From an uncultured Candidatus Saccharibacteria bacterium (GTDB lineage Bacteria > Patescibacteriota > Minisyncoccia > Phycocordibacterales > JAKAEA01): a stretch of DNA of 64,000 bases. Positions 32,201-38,288 of this stretch are shown in pieces. The stretch is from contig CAZHGQ010000003.1 of NCBI GenBank assembly GCA_964532205.1, forward strand, positions 4,382 to 68,381, written 5' to 3'. Within the stretch, counting starts at the first letter, position 1. Each line of letters starts with the position of its first letter. The position numbers and the translations under genes were made by a program. The notes beneath the pieces are model-generated. The model was not told the origin of the DNA. It did not search any database and worked only from the letters and a program-made list of their open reading frames with translations.

Positions 32201-34482
32201 CGTTCAACCAGTCTGGGAATAATACAACCGGTCTTGGACTGGGGTCAGGCTCACTTATTCAGTGGTCAAGTACTGGTCAGTGGTGGGGCTCGAAAGACGC
32301 TGGACTCTCTCGAATATCAGCAGGAAAAATTGGAGTAGGAAATGGAACCGCTGCAGATGCTTCAGCAACCCTGATCGCAGGTACTATTGGTATCGGTACA
32401 ACATCACCTTCAACAACTAATAAACTGTCTGTAAATGGAAATGCTTATATAACTGGAACATTGACGGTTGGTACGACAACGGCCTTTCAACAAACAACAG
32501 GTGAAAGTATTCTTATTGGTGGCGCGGGAGGTATAGGCTCACACGCTGGTGCACTCAACCTGTCTTTGGGTAAGAGATCTGCATTAAATCTAAGTACTGG
32601 TGCGTACAACGTTTCAACAGGTTATGAAGCAGGTCAACTTATAACAACAGGTAGTTACAATGTTTCTATGGGCTTTTGTTCATCTACTGGTACAAGTACT
32701 AATTCGTCGGTGGCAATAGGTTACTGTGCGGGTACTGCAGGAGCAAATTCAATTGCCATTGGTAATTTTGCTGGTGGCGGTGTGATTACACATACAAATG
32801 CCACCGAAAACATATTCCTGGGTGCATTTGCCGGTTATATTGATGGTACTGGAAATCCAAACACAGAAAATGTTTCAGGCTCTGTGGCAATAGGTCGCTA
32901 CGCTATTGTTAATAAGTCTAATGCCATTGTGCTTGGATCGACTGGAACATATAAAGTAGATGTTGGTATTGGTACCTCAACACCGTGGGGTCAATTATCT
33001 ATTCATCCTCAAGTGCAAAATGGCACAGCGCCATCTTTTGTCATCGGCTCTACAACAACAAAATTCATTGTTGATAATGCGGGAAAAGTTGGTATTGGTA
33101 CAACAACCCCATGGAAAACTTTTTCATCATCTGGCACTGTAAGTCTTGCTGGTCTTACTACTGCTGCTTCTTCAGCAAACGCGCTTTGTCTTTCATCTAC
33201 TAATGAAGTCTTGGTAAACAGTGGCTCACAAACATGTACGGTGTCATCTGCTCGATTCAAGGATAATATTGTCTCAATTTCTTCTGGTCTCGATACGATT
33301 CTAAAATTAAATCCAGTTACATTTACATATAAGGACACCACAGATACTCGTATTGGTTTGATTGCTGAACAGGTACAAAATGTGGAACCACGCCTGGTAT
33401 TCAACGAAGCTGATGGTGTGACACCACGCGGTGTGCGATATGAAGATTTGGCAGCGTTAACAGTTTCGGCAGTTAAAAGTTTGTCTGACATTTTGGAACT
33501 GAGCACTGAGGGTGGTACAGGATTATATGTTTCAAAGCGTTTGAAATCAATTGAAGACCGACTAACTCTTTTGGAAGGTGAAGCTGGCGCAAGTGGTGCT
33601 ACACTCGGTGCTACTATTGTGGGTGGTCAGTTTGCAGTCGCCGATACTTCAATCGAAGGCGGTGATATTGTCGCGATTGATACGACACATTCATCAGCGG
33701 TGACAAAGGCTCAAGCTTATAGTGATGCCTTTGGTGTGGTGGCCTTCGACTCAACTATATTCACCTCAGCATCTTTGGACGCCACGACTACACGTTCAGT
33801 TGTTTCAACAGGACAGACTCCAGTAAAATTCTCTAATGCCAATGGTCCAATTCGGGCAGGTGACTATATTACTATGTCATCAACAACTCCAGGTGTAGCG
33901 GTCAAAGCAACTGAAACTGGCACAGTGATCGGTACGGCATTGGAAAACGCTACAGGTACATCAGGCCGCGTAATGGTGGCGGTAAAAGTTGGTTTCCAGC
34001 AAATTGAAGTTTCAAATGATCAGATAAATACCGATGAATTATCATTATTAGATAGCTTCAATGCTTTCATTAATGGTGCAAAGAAATGGATGTTTGGTTC
34101 TGTCTCAGTTGCCAATGGTTTCTTTAAAAATATCTTTGCCGAAAGAGTTCGTACAAAGACATTGTGTTTGGAAGATGTGTGTGTGGATAAGAATCAGTTA
34201 CAACAGTTGTTGCAGCAGGGTGGTGTTTCAAATGTAATGGGATCAACTGGTAATACAAGTGGTGGCACTGGTGGCACAAGTACAACAACCCCTCCAACAA
34301 GTGGTGGTACTGGTACAACAACACCGCCGGCAGATGGTGGTACAAGTACAATAATTCCACCAACAGGTGGCCAGGTAGAAATTACAAATAGTGATGGTGG
34401 TCCAACGACTTCACCGGCACCGACCGTGAGTGAAAATCCAAGTCCGGCACCAGCGCCTGTAGAAGCGCCTGTTGCTCAATAA
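20242..34482 (+). CDS. Giant secreted fibre/adhesin-like protein with S74 and G2-like chaperone domains
   Basis: Signal peptide; INYQGKL N-terminal domain; more than 30 GxVGIGTTxP-type motifs; YadA-head-like ASGxGSFAxG repeats; SSARFK...IGLIAE...VRYEDL; GPIRAGDYITMS; Pro/Thr tail. Confidence 0.85.
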   Translation: MSVFLVKKSYSQKIAAILITSIFTQLISGFLAPSYAQAAINKQINYQGKLTNTSNVAVTDGSYNMRFKLYTSLTGGVAIWTEDNLVTNGQGVPVTNGLFSIMLGSTTALTGVDFNQTLYLGVTIGGTSGTPSWDSEMSPRKILGAVPAAMIADTLQGYNATQFIRSDAANSTSTSNTYLSIANTGAGKVAEFFGASSNSVLSILSGGNVGIGTTTPGSKLQIAADQAGLADRMQVTITGATNPLKGLTLGYDTTNNIGHIYSRIAGSGPSALSFNNGQLYVASGGNVSIGTTSPSTKLHVVGTSEQLRLGYDLTNYGSFTVASNGIMTIQPTSSLLLRAAGGNSVQLGIASTNYFSLSSLYATFSTVSVGIGSTTPAALLSVAGNTYLTGGLGVGTLNTSAGTLVTSGGATIGGYTSISINADATSANQQVLTVANNFTGQNVAYNFALDSSKRLHLNGQSGGSAFMFDSSGGVNRFIIQNNGYVGIGNSGPGYPLDIGIGADATAKTADFRTLNISNTATSSSSFTKSGIQISSTGSWTGSNIGLYISSVTGGTNNYDAIFNGGGNVGIGTTSPATTLSVTGSGYFTGGLGVGVLNTTTGTLQTASTATFGGRVIINTTLTDADSGSPAIDVNGALLRIGDGAGGQVFANGVGIKFHDGGVSHASIKYISGSNNAERIDFCGSSSSANLACSSVPILSISNLNSAGGGKISVGTTSVSTRFSVAVTDDTVGIQQINNAGNTTFRIRNAGTQARGELYLDDNGSNKIFFTANGSSYFNGGSLGIGTTSPWKALSVSGDMVLTGGLFDSLSSAGSNGMVLQSTGSATKWVATSTLGFASATQIGSGLQGQIPFYNANGSNLTATSSLFIAQSSFVGIGTTSPASLLALEGTGQYLFDAKTTTSGFNGHVRVESGGNGTYYTTASAVLTLSNYTDTLKYRQYVTNGSNFVLENPYGGAVLANGGSSNNYTSIGTSTISATTARLWVVGIGNTATTPVFQTSGVNGTVNFTVQGDGTVGIGTTSPYAKLSIENSNAGATVGEVIHLTTGHTGSTVLELRTAGTDSGRNLLTGFRSSTVKTVQIDAMGGITQYDASSNIRTSLNGGEIGVNYFLDKVGIGTTSPTHKLLVSSTSHNDIFALERISATQGNRFDFRITADPNGANNLAARSLTIMANTSAADIALLADPAVTSPQFVLKASGNVGIGTTTPGAKLSIAGSAGGTTPLFAISTSTSGFATNTAFYVNSNGYVGINATNLSDIFTVGGTISNFSIGTNGGVKIGFLSQLVNANSQRFTNFAGSAAAPALSANDSGNNTGIFFNTSSDTIGFSINGSEAGRFDSTGYFGIGTTSPFSTLSVTGNAYIAGNLTATGTLAITSSATFAGGTIVLNADGSASFANGGVVLNTDGTIQGSNLDLGDVGSMITAAGAQFAYGTDPTTLDYGIKLLDTGAIYVSNQIEFNESAGYTYIRASGSSVSNTDILTLGTGHGGLNISDGDLNTEYFSVLGSGKSNPGFIGIGTTTPWKKLSISGDMVLTGGLFDSLSSAGSNGMVLQSTGSATRWVATSTLGLNASLVGTTGQVAYFDGTNSTVGTSSIYIGTSGRVAIGTTTLTATGLTVVGTVGTVFGTYSTANVPIITISNGNSEATPVASINGTNSGVTLYSNSATAMSFNVGSAASTAGWVFTNMQHALVNRSVTSITNNGYIGIGTTTPYARLAISGNSAYTYTPTLFAISSSTAAFATTTHFVVNADGKVGIGNDAPFYALDARSAVSGGTMLVWSRASGSTNNSGILISAADNSVTTNNYHKGGIFFQGDNTGFGRGSLYLVNNGTGDSSVATVADAKLTINSSGYVGIGTTTPATRLQIGDLNGQYVQEDNSDAGFTIGYNSAARIQLARNASSIFGAAYAAVNGDAGIKIGRNGAYSYIVGGSNLLLNPVAGNVGIGTTSPFAQLSIGGAVGGTANLFAISTSSAAYATSTVFVINSAGNVTLPVSTQTFGIGGGTLTQGSQSNSLKINNRAEIGGSLAIGTTLNSDYMVNILNANSGNKVALRIMGISGTADGDFIKIYSQNGYTAGKNVFNVDNRGNLIIGAYDAIDDHSTVRKALVDLRPILSSDVGLTITATSTQNAPLFALLSSAGATTSVFTSAGWLGIGTTSPAAKIHLTTALSGVTPNADADEFFIENSGNTGLTIGSGVTGTGNIYFGDSGAATQGRITYNHTDDYLSTYVNNTEITRQTGTGVFNVLTKLTVGVGLGSGTGVTTMYVSNAALGDVIGITLKGYAGQTVNLQEWQNSSGTALAAVTANGSIVVGSNKIFLTASGDSFFDGGSVGVGTTTPGGKLHILGTTEQLRLGYDASNYFSTTLGSSGNVTWDAVGAGASFTLNDALTINANAGLSIKYAGVEVLKTTKGTVGSRSVGLFLDNKWDQSWTPMVVRGHAAQTADLLDFMDGSNNILTSITSAGWLGIGTSSPYQNLSVVGNSMVTGTSYFITSGTYLTNSGSGPQLMLDSARNAYVMAETSGSSLELNANGGITFKDSGTVGMRLGPTSGGISIGSGYASTDPGNGSLILSGSLGIGTTSPWKTLSVSGDMVLTGGLFDSLSSAGSNGYVLQSTGSATKWVATSTLGFASATQIGSGLQGQIPFYNANGTDLTATSSLFISQSGKIGIGTTSPTELLSLSGGNMNLQIHNTNATLNTSGWFLSEGRPGCFDGYFMIATSSACTATPAFSISNSGAVNFGLGVSVTDGQGFNSGSSGSLAFYKPFTGTTEGQLYFRGATSADAIFTVRGYYHNGSWNQQDIMTWRGGTAGARVGIASSTPWGMLSVNPNGISGPAFVVGSSTATNLIVTNGGKVGVGLTNPTSLLEVNGSFSAVTSNIGTAQGTVITANTNFRVYSSYEGTETANIAEYSGYFASAYSKRFEYNATGIGFYGATPIAKPSSTTDLRQALINLGLYTTGGATPLNLNGGTLLSGTAGVGTSTPWKTLSVSGDMVLTGGLFDSLSSAGSNGMVLQSTGSATKWVATSTLGLASTLVGTTGQVAYFNGTNSTIGTSSISIGTNGYVGVGTSTPLFKLHISDETSAPIVAIQGVFNSDAISPKLFLGENSNTGFGIQYLGSANRFDIFSMNNGAWAVNETPRLSIARDSGYVGIGTTSPGYMLSVTGSMSADNVIASYFTSTSTNATSTFKGNIIGGYTNNVYASNYSIAVGDASTGAGYTLAASGNGSAAFGRVVPVIGSGGVIRASGSGSFATGDIVSITGTPTILASGGGAVAHGHNEGSGAITASGSGSFAIGYLNTNSITASNTGSFAGGTGASGNVVSSGAGSFAWGTNITASNSYSIAFGSGYTNGTASTFQVGFSSTPTLTVNSTSVGIGTTTPWKNLSVTGDMVLTGRYYDSLSSAGSNGYVLQSTGSATKWVATSTLGFLSSSVVSGLGTNYIPKWNGSAFAESQFYDNGSSVGLQMTSPLHTLDIGYSGSYGGYMQGEAGILAMGESQMSLGAYDPFSSPVNLLTLNGTGLVSVVNADMELDAGRRMYYRGTDHNGSLYYAGEGPFAGALIFESYPSNNDGWLFKNQNGVSILTLSAGDTGQTLYTPANVGLGTTTPWKKLSISGDMVLTGGLFDSLSSAGSNGYVLQSTGSATKWVATSTLGITASLTGTTGQVAYFNGTNSAIGTSSLFLATSGNVGVGTTSPYATLSINKSSAANYDRVISANIAGKEVFGVGQYDASSNSAFYFGSSDGVSNPYVRLFAGPAGGGTLSFNAYFTYFNSSAGTQFTGGPAQWQETGTPTSAATQKSSNIIEFRSGVWNGSTNGNHIHQIYNAVSTTVNLQDRIAFNLNRANQMGGTSYEAMSIMYDGVASGRVGIGSTTPWAKLSVSAIAADGSAPLFAIGSSTATQFMIDNTGKVGIGTTSPYATLSLGAPAGSEMFAIGSSTTPFKIDKQGKVIIRALAATDGVGTNAPFQVQNEGGTVIAYIRQDGGMYSTFMSTADNATAAFNQSGNNTTGLGLGSGSLIQWSSTGQWWGSKDAGLSRISAGKIGVGNGTAADASATLIAGTIGIGTTSPSTTNKLSVNGNAYITGTLTVGTTTAFQQTTGESILIGGAGGIGSHAGALNLSLGKRSALNLSTGAYNVSTGYEAGQLITTGSYNVSMGFCSSTGTSTNSSVAIGYCAGTAGANSIAIGNFAGGGVITHTNATENIFLGAFAGYIDGTGNPNTENVSGSVAIGRYAIVNKSNAIVLGSTGTYKVDVGIGTSTPWGQLSIHPQVQNGTAPSFVIGSTTTKFIVDNAGKVGIGTTTPWKTFSSSGTVSLAGLTTAASSANALCLSSTNEVLVNSGSQTCTVSSARFKDNIVSISSGLDTILKLNPVTFTYKDTTDTRIGLIAEQVQNVEPRLVFNEADGVTPRGVRYEDLAALTVSAVKSLSDILELSTEGGTGLYVSKRLKSIEDRLTLLEGEAGASGATLGATIVGGQFAVADTSIEGGDIVAIDTTHSSAVTKAQAYSDAFGVVAFDSTIFTSASLDATTTRSVVSTGQTPVKFSNANGPIRAGDYITMSSTTPGVAVKATETGTVIGTALENATGTSGRVMVAVKVGFQQIEVSNDQINTDELSLLDSFNAFINGAKKWMFGSVSVANGFFKNIFAERVRTKTLCLEDVCVDKNQLQQLLQQGGVSNVMGSTGNTSGGTGGTSTTTPPTSGGTGTTTPPADGGTSTIIPPTGGQVEITNSDGGPTTSPAPTVSENPSPAPAPVEAPVAQ
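22606..31167 (+). repeat. Six dispersed ~140 bp near-identical intragenic repeats
   Basis: Encode PWKxLSxxGDMVLTG..DSLSSAGSNGxVLQSTGSATxWVATSTLG; copies start near 22606, 24793, 27961, 29161, 30349 and 31027. Confidence 0.9.
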
Positions 34483-34526
34483 TAATCCATATTGCTTTTT
34501 GAGTGTGGCTCACGTATCATCTAGCC

Positions 34527-35138
34527 ATGAAAAAACAACCCCTGATTAATGGCAGCGCAATTTTTACTAATAGTGTTAATACCGCCGCTCGCACTACTAC
34601 TGACTATGGCCTGGTAGCTGATTTTGCGGCTCATTGTCGGGGTTTGGGTTTAAAAATTGTTTTAACACAAGGTACATTTGATCTGATCCACATTGGACAT
34701 GCGCGTTATATGGAGGAGGCAAAACGACATGGTGACCTTTTGATTGTAGGTGTTGACAGTGATGCTAAGGTGCGGGCCAGAAAAGGTCCGGATCGTCCTG
34801 TTGTGCCGCAAAGTGAACGTATCGAAATGCTTACGCATTTGCGCTCGGTCGACCTCGTAGTTTTGAAAGAACTTAATGCCCCAAAGTGGGCTTTGATTAA
34901 AGCGGTGCGACCCGATGTTCTTATTGCTACCAAAGAAACGTATAATGCAGCGGAGATTAAGGCATTGGAAAAAATTTGTGGCAAAGTGGTTGTGTTAAAC
35001 CCAATGGCCACAACCTCAACAAGTGCAAAAATTCGCCTGTTGCAAATCAATACGGCTAAAAAACTCGAAAAAGCTTTAACGCCACGCCTCATTCAAGCTA
35101 TTGAAGAAACGTTGCGTGGGGTAAAGGGGGATAAATAA
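34527..35138 (+). CDS. HIGH-family adenylyl/cytidylyltransferase (RfaE-II/TagD-like)
   Basis: QGTFDLIHIGH, GVDSD, RKGPDRPV, TSTS; ATG 6 nt after TATCAT. Confidence 0.88.
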   Translation: MKKQPLINGSAIFTNSVNTAARTTTDYGLVADFAAHCRGLGLKIVLTQGTFDLIHIGHARYMEEAKRHGDLLIVGVDSDAKVRARKGPDRPVVPQSERIEMLTHLRSVDLVVLKELNAPKWALIKAVRPDVLIATKETYNAAEIKALEKICGKVVVLNPMATTSTSAKIRLLQINTAKKLEKALTPRLIQAIEETLRGVKGDK

Positions 35139-35971
35139 TGAAAAAAACTATTATTGCCTACATACCGGTTGTGCATGAAGGCTACCGGACTTTTTTGCAG
35201 AAGCATTCTGATGCGGATACACTTTATATTCTAGGCAAAGATATAATCACTGAATTCAAATCTTTGACCAAGAACATCAACGCTTTAGAGCCGCGACTCA
35301 TTAAAAAATCTCTCGAGGTTTTAGTGGATATTCCCGTTATCGAAATTTTATCTAAGAATGATTTAAAAAAAATCTCAAGACAAAAAGGTTTTCTTGTAAT
35401 GCCGAAAGAGAATGTGTCCATGGAGCTCAAAGAAAAATATTTTAAGACACGGCAGATAATATTTGATTCAATTTTTTTGCGTTGGGATAAACACAAATCT
35501 GTTGGTGAAAATCCAGTTACCGCTGATGGTAAAATCAGCCGCTCATCATTTGATAAGAAAATCATGAATATAGCTTTTAGAACAGCTGAGCAGAGTTCTG
35601 ATTTTTGGCGGCATGTTGGTGCGGTAATTGTGAAAAATGGCCGAGTGGTGATTGCTACGCACAATAAACATGTACCTTCGGAACAGGCGCCGTATGTAAA
35701 CGGCGATCCACGTAATAATTTTAGTAAGGGTGAATATATAGAGTTATCGACAGCAATTCATGGTGAGGCGGGCGCTATAGCTCAAGCTGCTCAACGGGGC
35801 ATCTCACTTAAGGGTGCTTCTATATATGTGACCACATTTCCGTGTCCGCCATGTGCTAAACTCATTGCCTATTCGGGAATTAAAAAACTCTATTATAGCA
35901 GCGGGTATAGCGTTTTGGATGGACAGGATATCCTTAAAAGTCAGGGTGTGGAAATTATCTTTGTTGAGTAA
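35138..35971 (+). CDS. dCMP-deaminase-family protein with extra N-terminal domain
   Basis: HGE...FPCPPC zinc motif; N-terminal AYIPVVHEGY; TAATG overlap with upstream gene. Confidence 0.85.
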   Translation: MKKTIIAYIPVVHEGYRTFLQKHSDADTLYILGKDIITEFKSLTKNINALEPRLIKKSLEVLVDIPVIEILSKNDLKKISRQKGFLVMPKENVSMELKEKYFKTRQIIFDSIFLRWDKHKSVGENPVTADGKISRSSFDKKIMNIAFRTAEQSSDFWRHVGAVIVKNGRVVIATHNKHVPSEQAPYVNGDPRNNFSKGEYIELSTAIHGEAGAIAQAAQRGISLKGASIYVTTFPCPPCAKLIAYSGIKKLYYSSGYSVLDGQDILKSQGVEIIFVE

Positions 35972-36433
35972 CTACTTTTTTGAGTGGCCAATTTTAAAGC
36001 GAACCGGTTCATAGTCTGTGGCCTCAATATCAGGTTGAATAAATTGGGCGTGGATGTGAGCAACTGTGCCTGCGGAATAATCTAAATCTCCAAAACGCAT
36101 GGCAAAAGCTCCACCCGGAACACTGAATCTTTTTTGTGACCATTTAAAGAGTTGCAAGAGCTCGGCGCCGGCTTCATCGGGTAATTCTTCAAGACTCTCA
36201 GCGTGAAATTTGCAGATTGCCACGAGGTGCACTTTGGTGTGCTCATATGGCCACTGGTTTGTGGTGAGTAGCCACTGTGATGTTTCTTTAAGTATGGGCA
36301 GTTTGTGGTACTTGGTGAGGTTTTCTGGGCAGAAAGGGCAGTGGGCAGCATCAGCAATAGTTTCCATAACTTGACGCTGGTGTTCGACGCGGACATTTTT
36401 GAGGGCAATAAATTTCTTAGGTTTTTCTTTCAT
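35972..36433 (-). CDS. HIT-superfamily protein, HxHxQ type
   Basis: CPFC, NQWPY, HL, TVAHIHAQF; ATG at 36433 overlaps the folA end. Confidence 0.8.
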   Translation of the reverse strand: MKEKPKKFIALKNVRVEHQRQVMETIADAAHCPFCPENLTKYHKLPILKETSQWLLTTNQWPYEHTKVHLVAICKFHAESLEELPDEAGAELLQLFKWSQKRFSVPGGAFAMRFGDLDYSAGTVAHIHAQFIQPDIEATDYEPVRFKIGHSKK

Positions 36434-36911
36434 ATTCTTCAAATGTGTAGTCGTATTGGTTTTTTTCATCAGCTATATGGTCTTCAAATGCAACTCTTTG
36501 CCATTCTGTGGCTTTGAGTTCGGGAAATGTAATATCACCCTCAATCATCGCGTGGACACGTGTTAGAAAAATTTTATTAGTAATAGGTAGAGTGGTGCGA
36601 TAGAGTTCACCCCCGCCGATAATAAAAATTGGTTTAGTGGCTTTGGCCAAGGCTTCATCTAATGATGTGGTTACCACAACGCCCTCTGGTGCATGCAGGT
36701 TGGGTTGACGTGTGATCACAATATTTTCCCGATCCGGGAGTGGTTGGCCGAGTTTTGAAATAATCGATTCATACGTTTTTCGGCCCATAAGCACTGAGTT
36801 TCCTTTTGTAATTACGGCAAAATGCTTAAGGTCAGCAGGTAAATACCATGGTATTTGTTGGTTACTGCCTATTACATCGTTTTCTGAAACTGCAACAATG
36901 ATTGAAATCAT
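36417..36911 (-). CDS. folA: Dihydrofolate reductase
   Basis: IG...IPWYLPADLKHF, MGRKTYES, PLPDRENIV, IIGGGELY, GD..FP. Confidence 0.95.
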   Translation of the reverse strand: MISIIVAVSENDVIGSNQQIPWYLPADLKHFAVITKGNSVLMGRKTYESIISKLGQPLPDRENIVITRQPNLHAPEGVVVTTSLDEALAKATKPIFIIGGGELYRTTLPITNKIFLTRVHAMIEGDITFPELKATEWQRVAFEDHIADEKNQYDYTFEEYERKT

Positions 36912-36912
36912 A

Positions 36913-37827
36913 TTAGATAGCGACTGGAATACCTTTGATGCCGGGGTGAGGGTTATAATCGGTGAGTGCAAAGTCTTCGTGACGGAATGTAAATAAGTCT
37001 GTTTTGTCTGTGTTTAATGAGACAGTGGCAAGCGGACGCGGTTCACGCGCGAGCATTGTTTCAACGGCTGGCACCTGATCAACAAAAATATGGGCGTCAG
37101 AAAAACTATGTATAAATTCGTAGGGGATTGTGCCGGTTGTTTTGGCTAACATAAGAGTTAGGGCTCCGTATTGAACCATGTTGGAAGGGACGCCGACGGG
37201 CACGTCCGCAGAACGTTGGAACATGTGCAATGTCAGTTTATTGTCGATGATGCGAATGTGTACCCAGCCATGACACGGCGCCACAACTACTTTTTGTTGT
37301 TTGCCTTTGCCTCGGCCAATATACTGTGGTATCCAGGGTGTGACAAAGTGGGTGCGGAGCTGCGGTTCTTCTTTGATTTGTTCAACGATATGCTTAAATT
37401 GATTGAACAAACTGCCATCAATAGTTGGAAAGTCGTGGAACGCTGCGCCATAGGAACCTGGTCCAAGATCGCCAGGCTCAAGACCACGTTTTTTGCATTT
37501 CTCAGGAGTACCCCAAGCACTCCACCAATAACAGCCAAAACTTTCAAGTTGTTCTAGTGTGCGAGCTCCATTTATAAATCCACAAATTTCGCCAATAGCC
37601 TGTTTCCAAATGGTTACTGGTAGACGCTCAGAAACAGCCGGATTCATATTGCGTTCATTAATAATAGGGAAACCATTTTCCAATTTAAAATGCATCGGAT
37701 TTGGACCCATGAGGGTGAGGGCGTCTGTACCTTGCTGGCTTGGTGTACGCACACCTTTTTCTAAAATATCCCGTAATAGCCGCTGATATTGACTATCAAC
37801 AATCCGTTCGTTTAGAGGTTTATACAT
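36913..37827 (-). CDS. thyA: Thymidylate synthase (divergent)
   Basis: GDLGPGSYG, APCH, QRSAD...PSN, DAH, HPGIK..VAI. Confidence 0.9.
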   Translation of the reverse strand: MYKPLNERIVDSQYQRLLRDILEKGVRTPSQQGTDALTLMGPNPMHFKLENGFPIINERNMNPAVSERLPVTIWKQAIGEICGFINGARTLEQLESFGCYWWSAWGTPEKCKKRGLEPGDLGPGSYGAAFHDFPTIDGSLFNQFKHIVEQIKEEPQLRTHFVTPWIPQYIGRGKGKQQKVVVAPCHGWVHIRIIDNKLTLHMFQRSADVPVGVPSNMVQYGALTLMLAKTTGTIPYEFIHSFSDAHIFVDQVPAVETMLAREPRPLATVSLNTDKTDLFTFRHEDFALTDYNPHPGIKGIPVAI

Positions 37828-37946
37828 ACGCCTATTGTACAAATATTAAAAAGGACCTGCCAGTTGCCATCTTTATTACTGTATGTTCTCACAGAAAACA
37901 TTATCTGATTTTGATCAATATTTTAACTTTATTTTGGCAGCGTATA

Positions 37947-38207
37947 ATGATGAAATATAAACCCAAAAAGATGACTGTTGACGAATTAGTCACAATCACT
38001 CTCAACGCTTTTAATCAGCTTCAGAAAGATATGCAGAATGGTTTTGCTGAGGTTCGAGTTGAAATACAAGAAGCTACTCAAAGGTTGGATGAAAAGTTGA
38101 GTCGAAAGATTGATGAGCTTAAGGCGATTGTAACGGTGAACCACGAAAATCGGATTTCTATACTTGAAGATGATGTTCGGCAGATTAAAACAAAGCGCGA
38201 AAAATAA
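37947..38207 (+). CDS. Small coiled-coil protein
   Basis: MTVDELV...GFAEV...HENRISILE heptad pattern; start approximate. Confidence 0.6.
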   Translation: MMKYKPKKMTVDELVTITLNAFNQLQKDMQNGFAEVRVEIQEATQRLDEKLSRKIDELKAIVTVNHENRISILEDDVRQIKTKREK

Positions 38208-38288
38208 GTCGTATTTTTAATATTAGTCAATGTGCGAGTGGGTAGTGGGGTATGGTAAACTGACATCAACTATTAATCACACACACCC

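Noticed and set aside
19864-34482. Prophage (excisionase-like HTH plus tail-fibre domains)
   Set aside because: No integrase, terminase, capsid or portal genes; the giant protein has a signal peptide
36913-37827. dCMP hydroxymethylase for DNA hypermodification
   Set aside because: The specificity residue is Asn (PSN), not Asp, and a coupled DHFR implies reductive methylation
38208-38288. ZTP or THF riboswitch upstream of glyA
   Set aside because: Region is short and lacks recognisable consensus elements; only a promoter-like TGGTAAACT is seen
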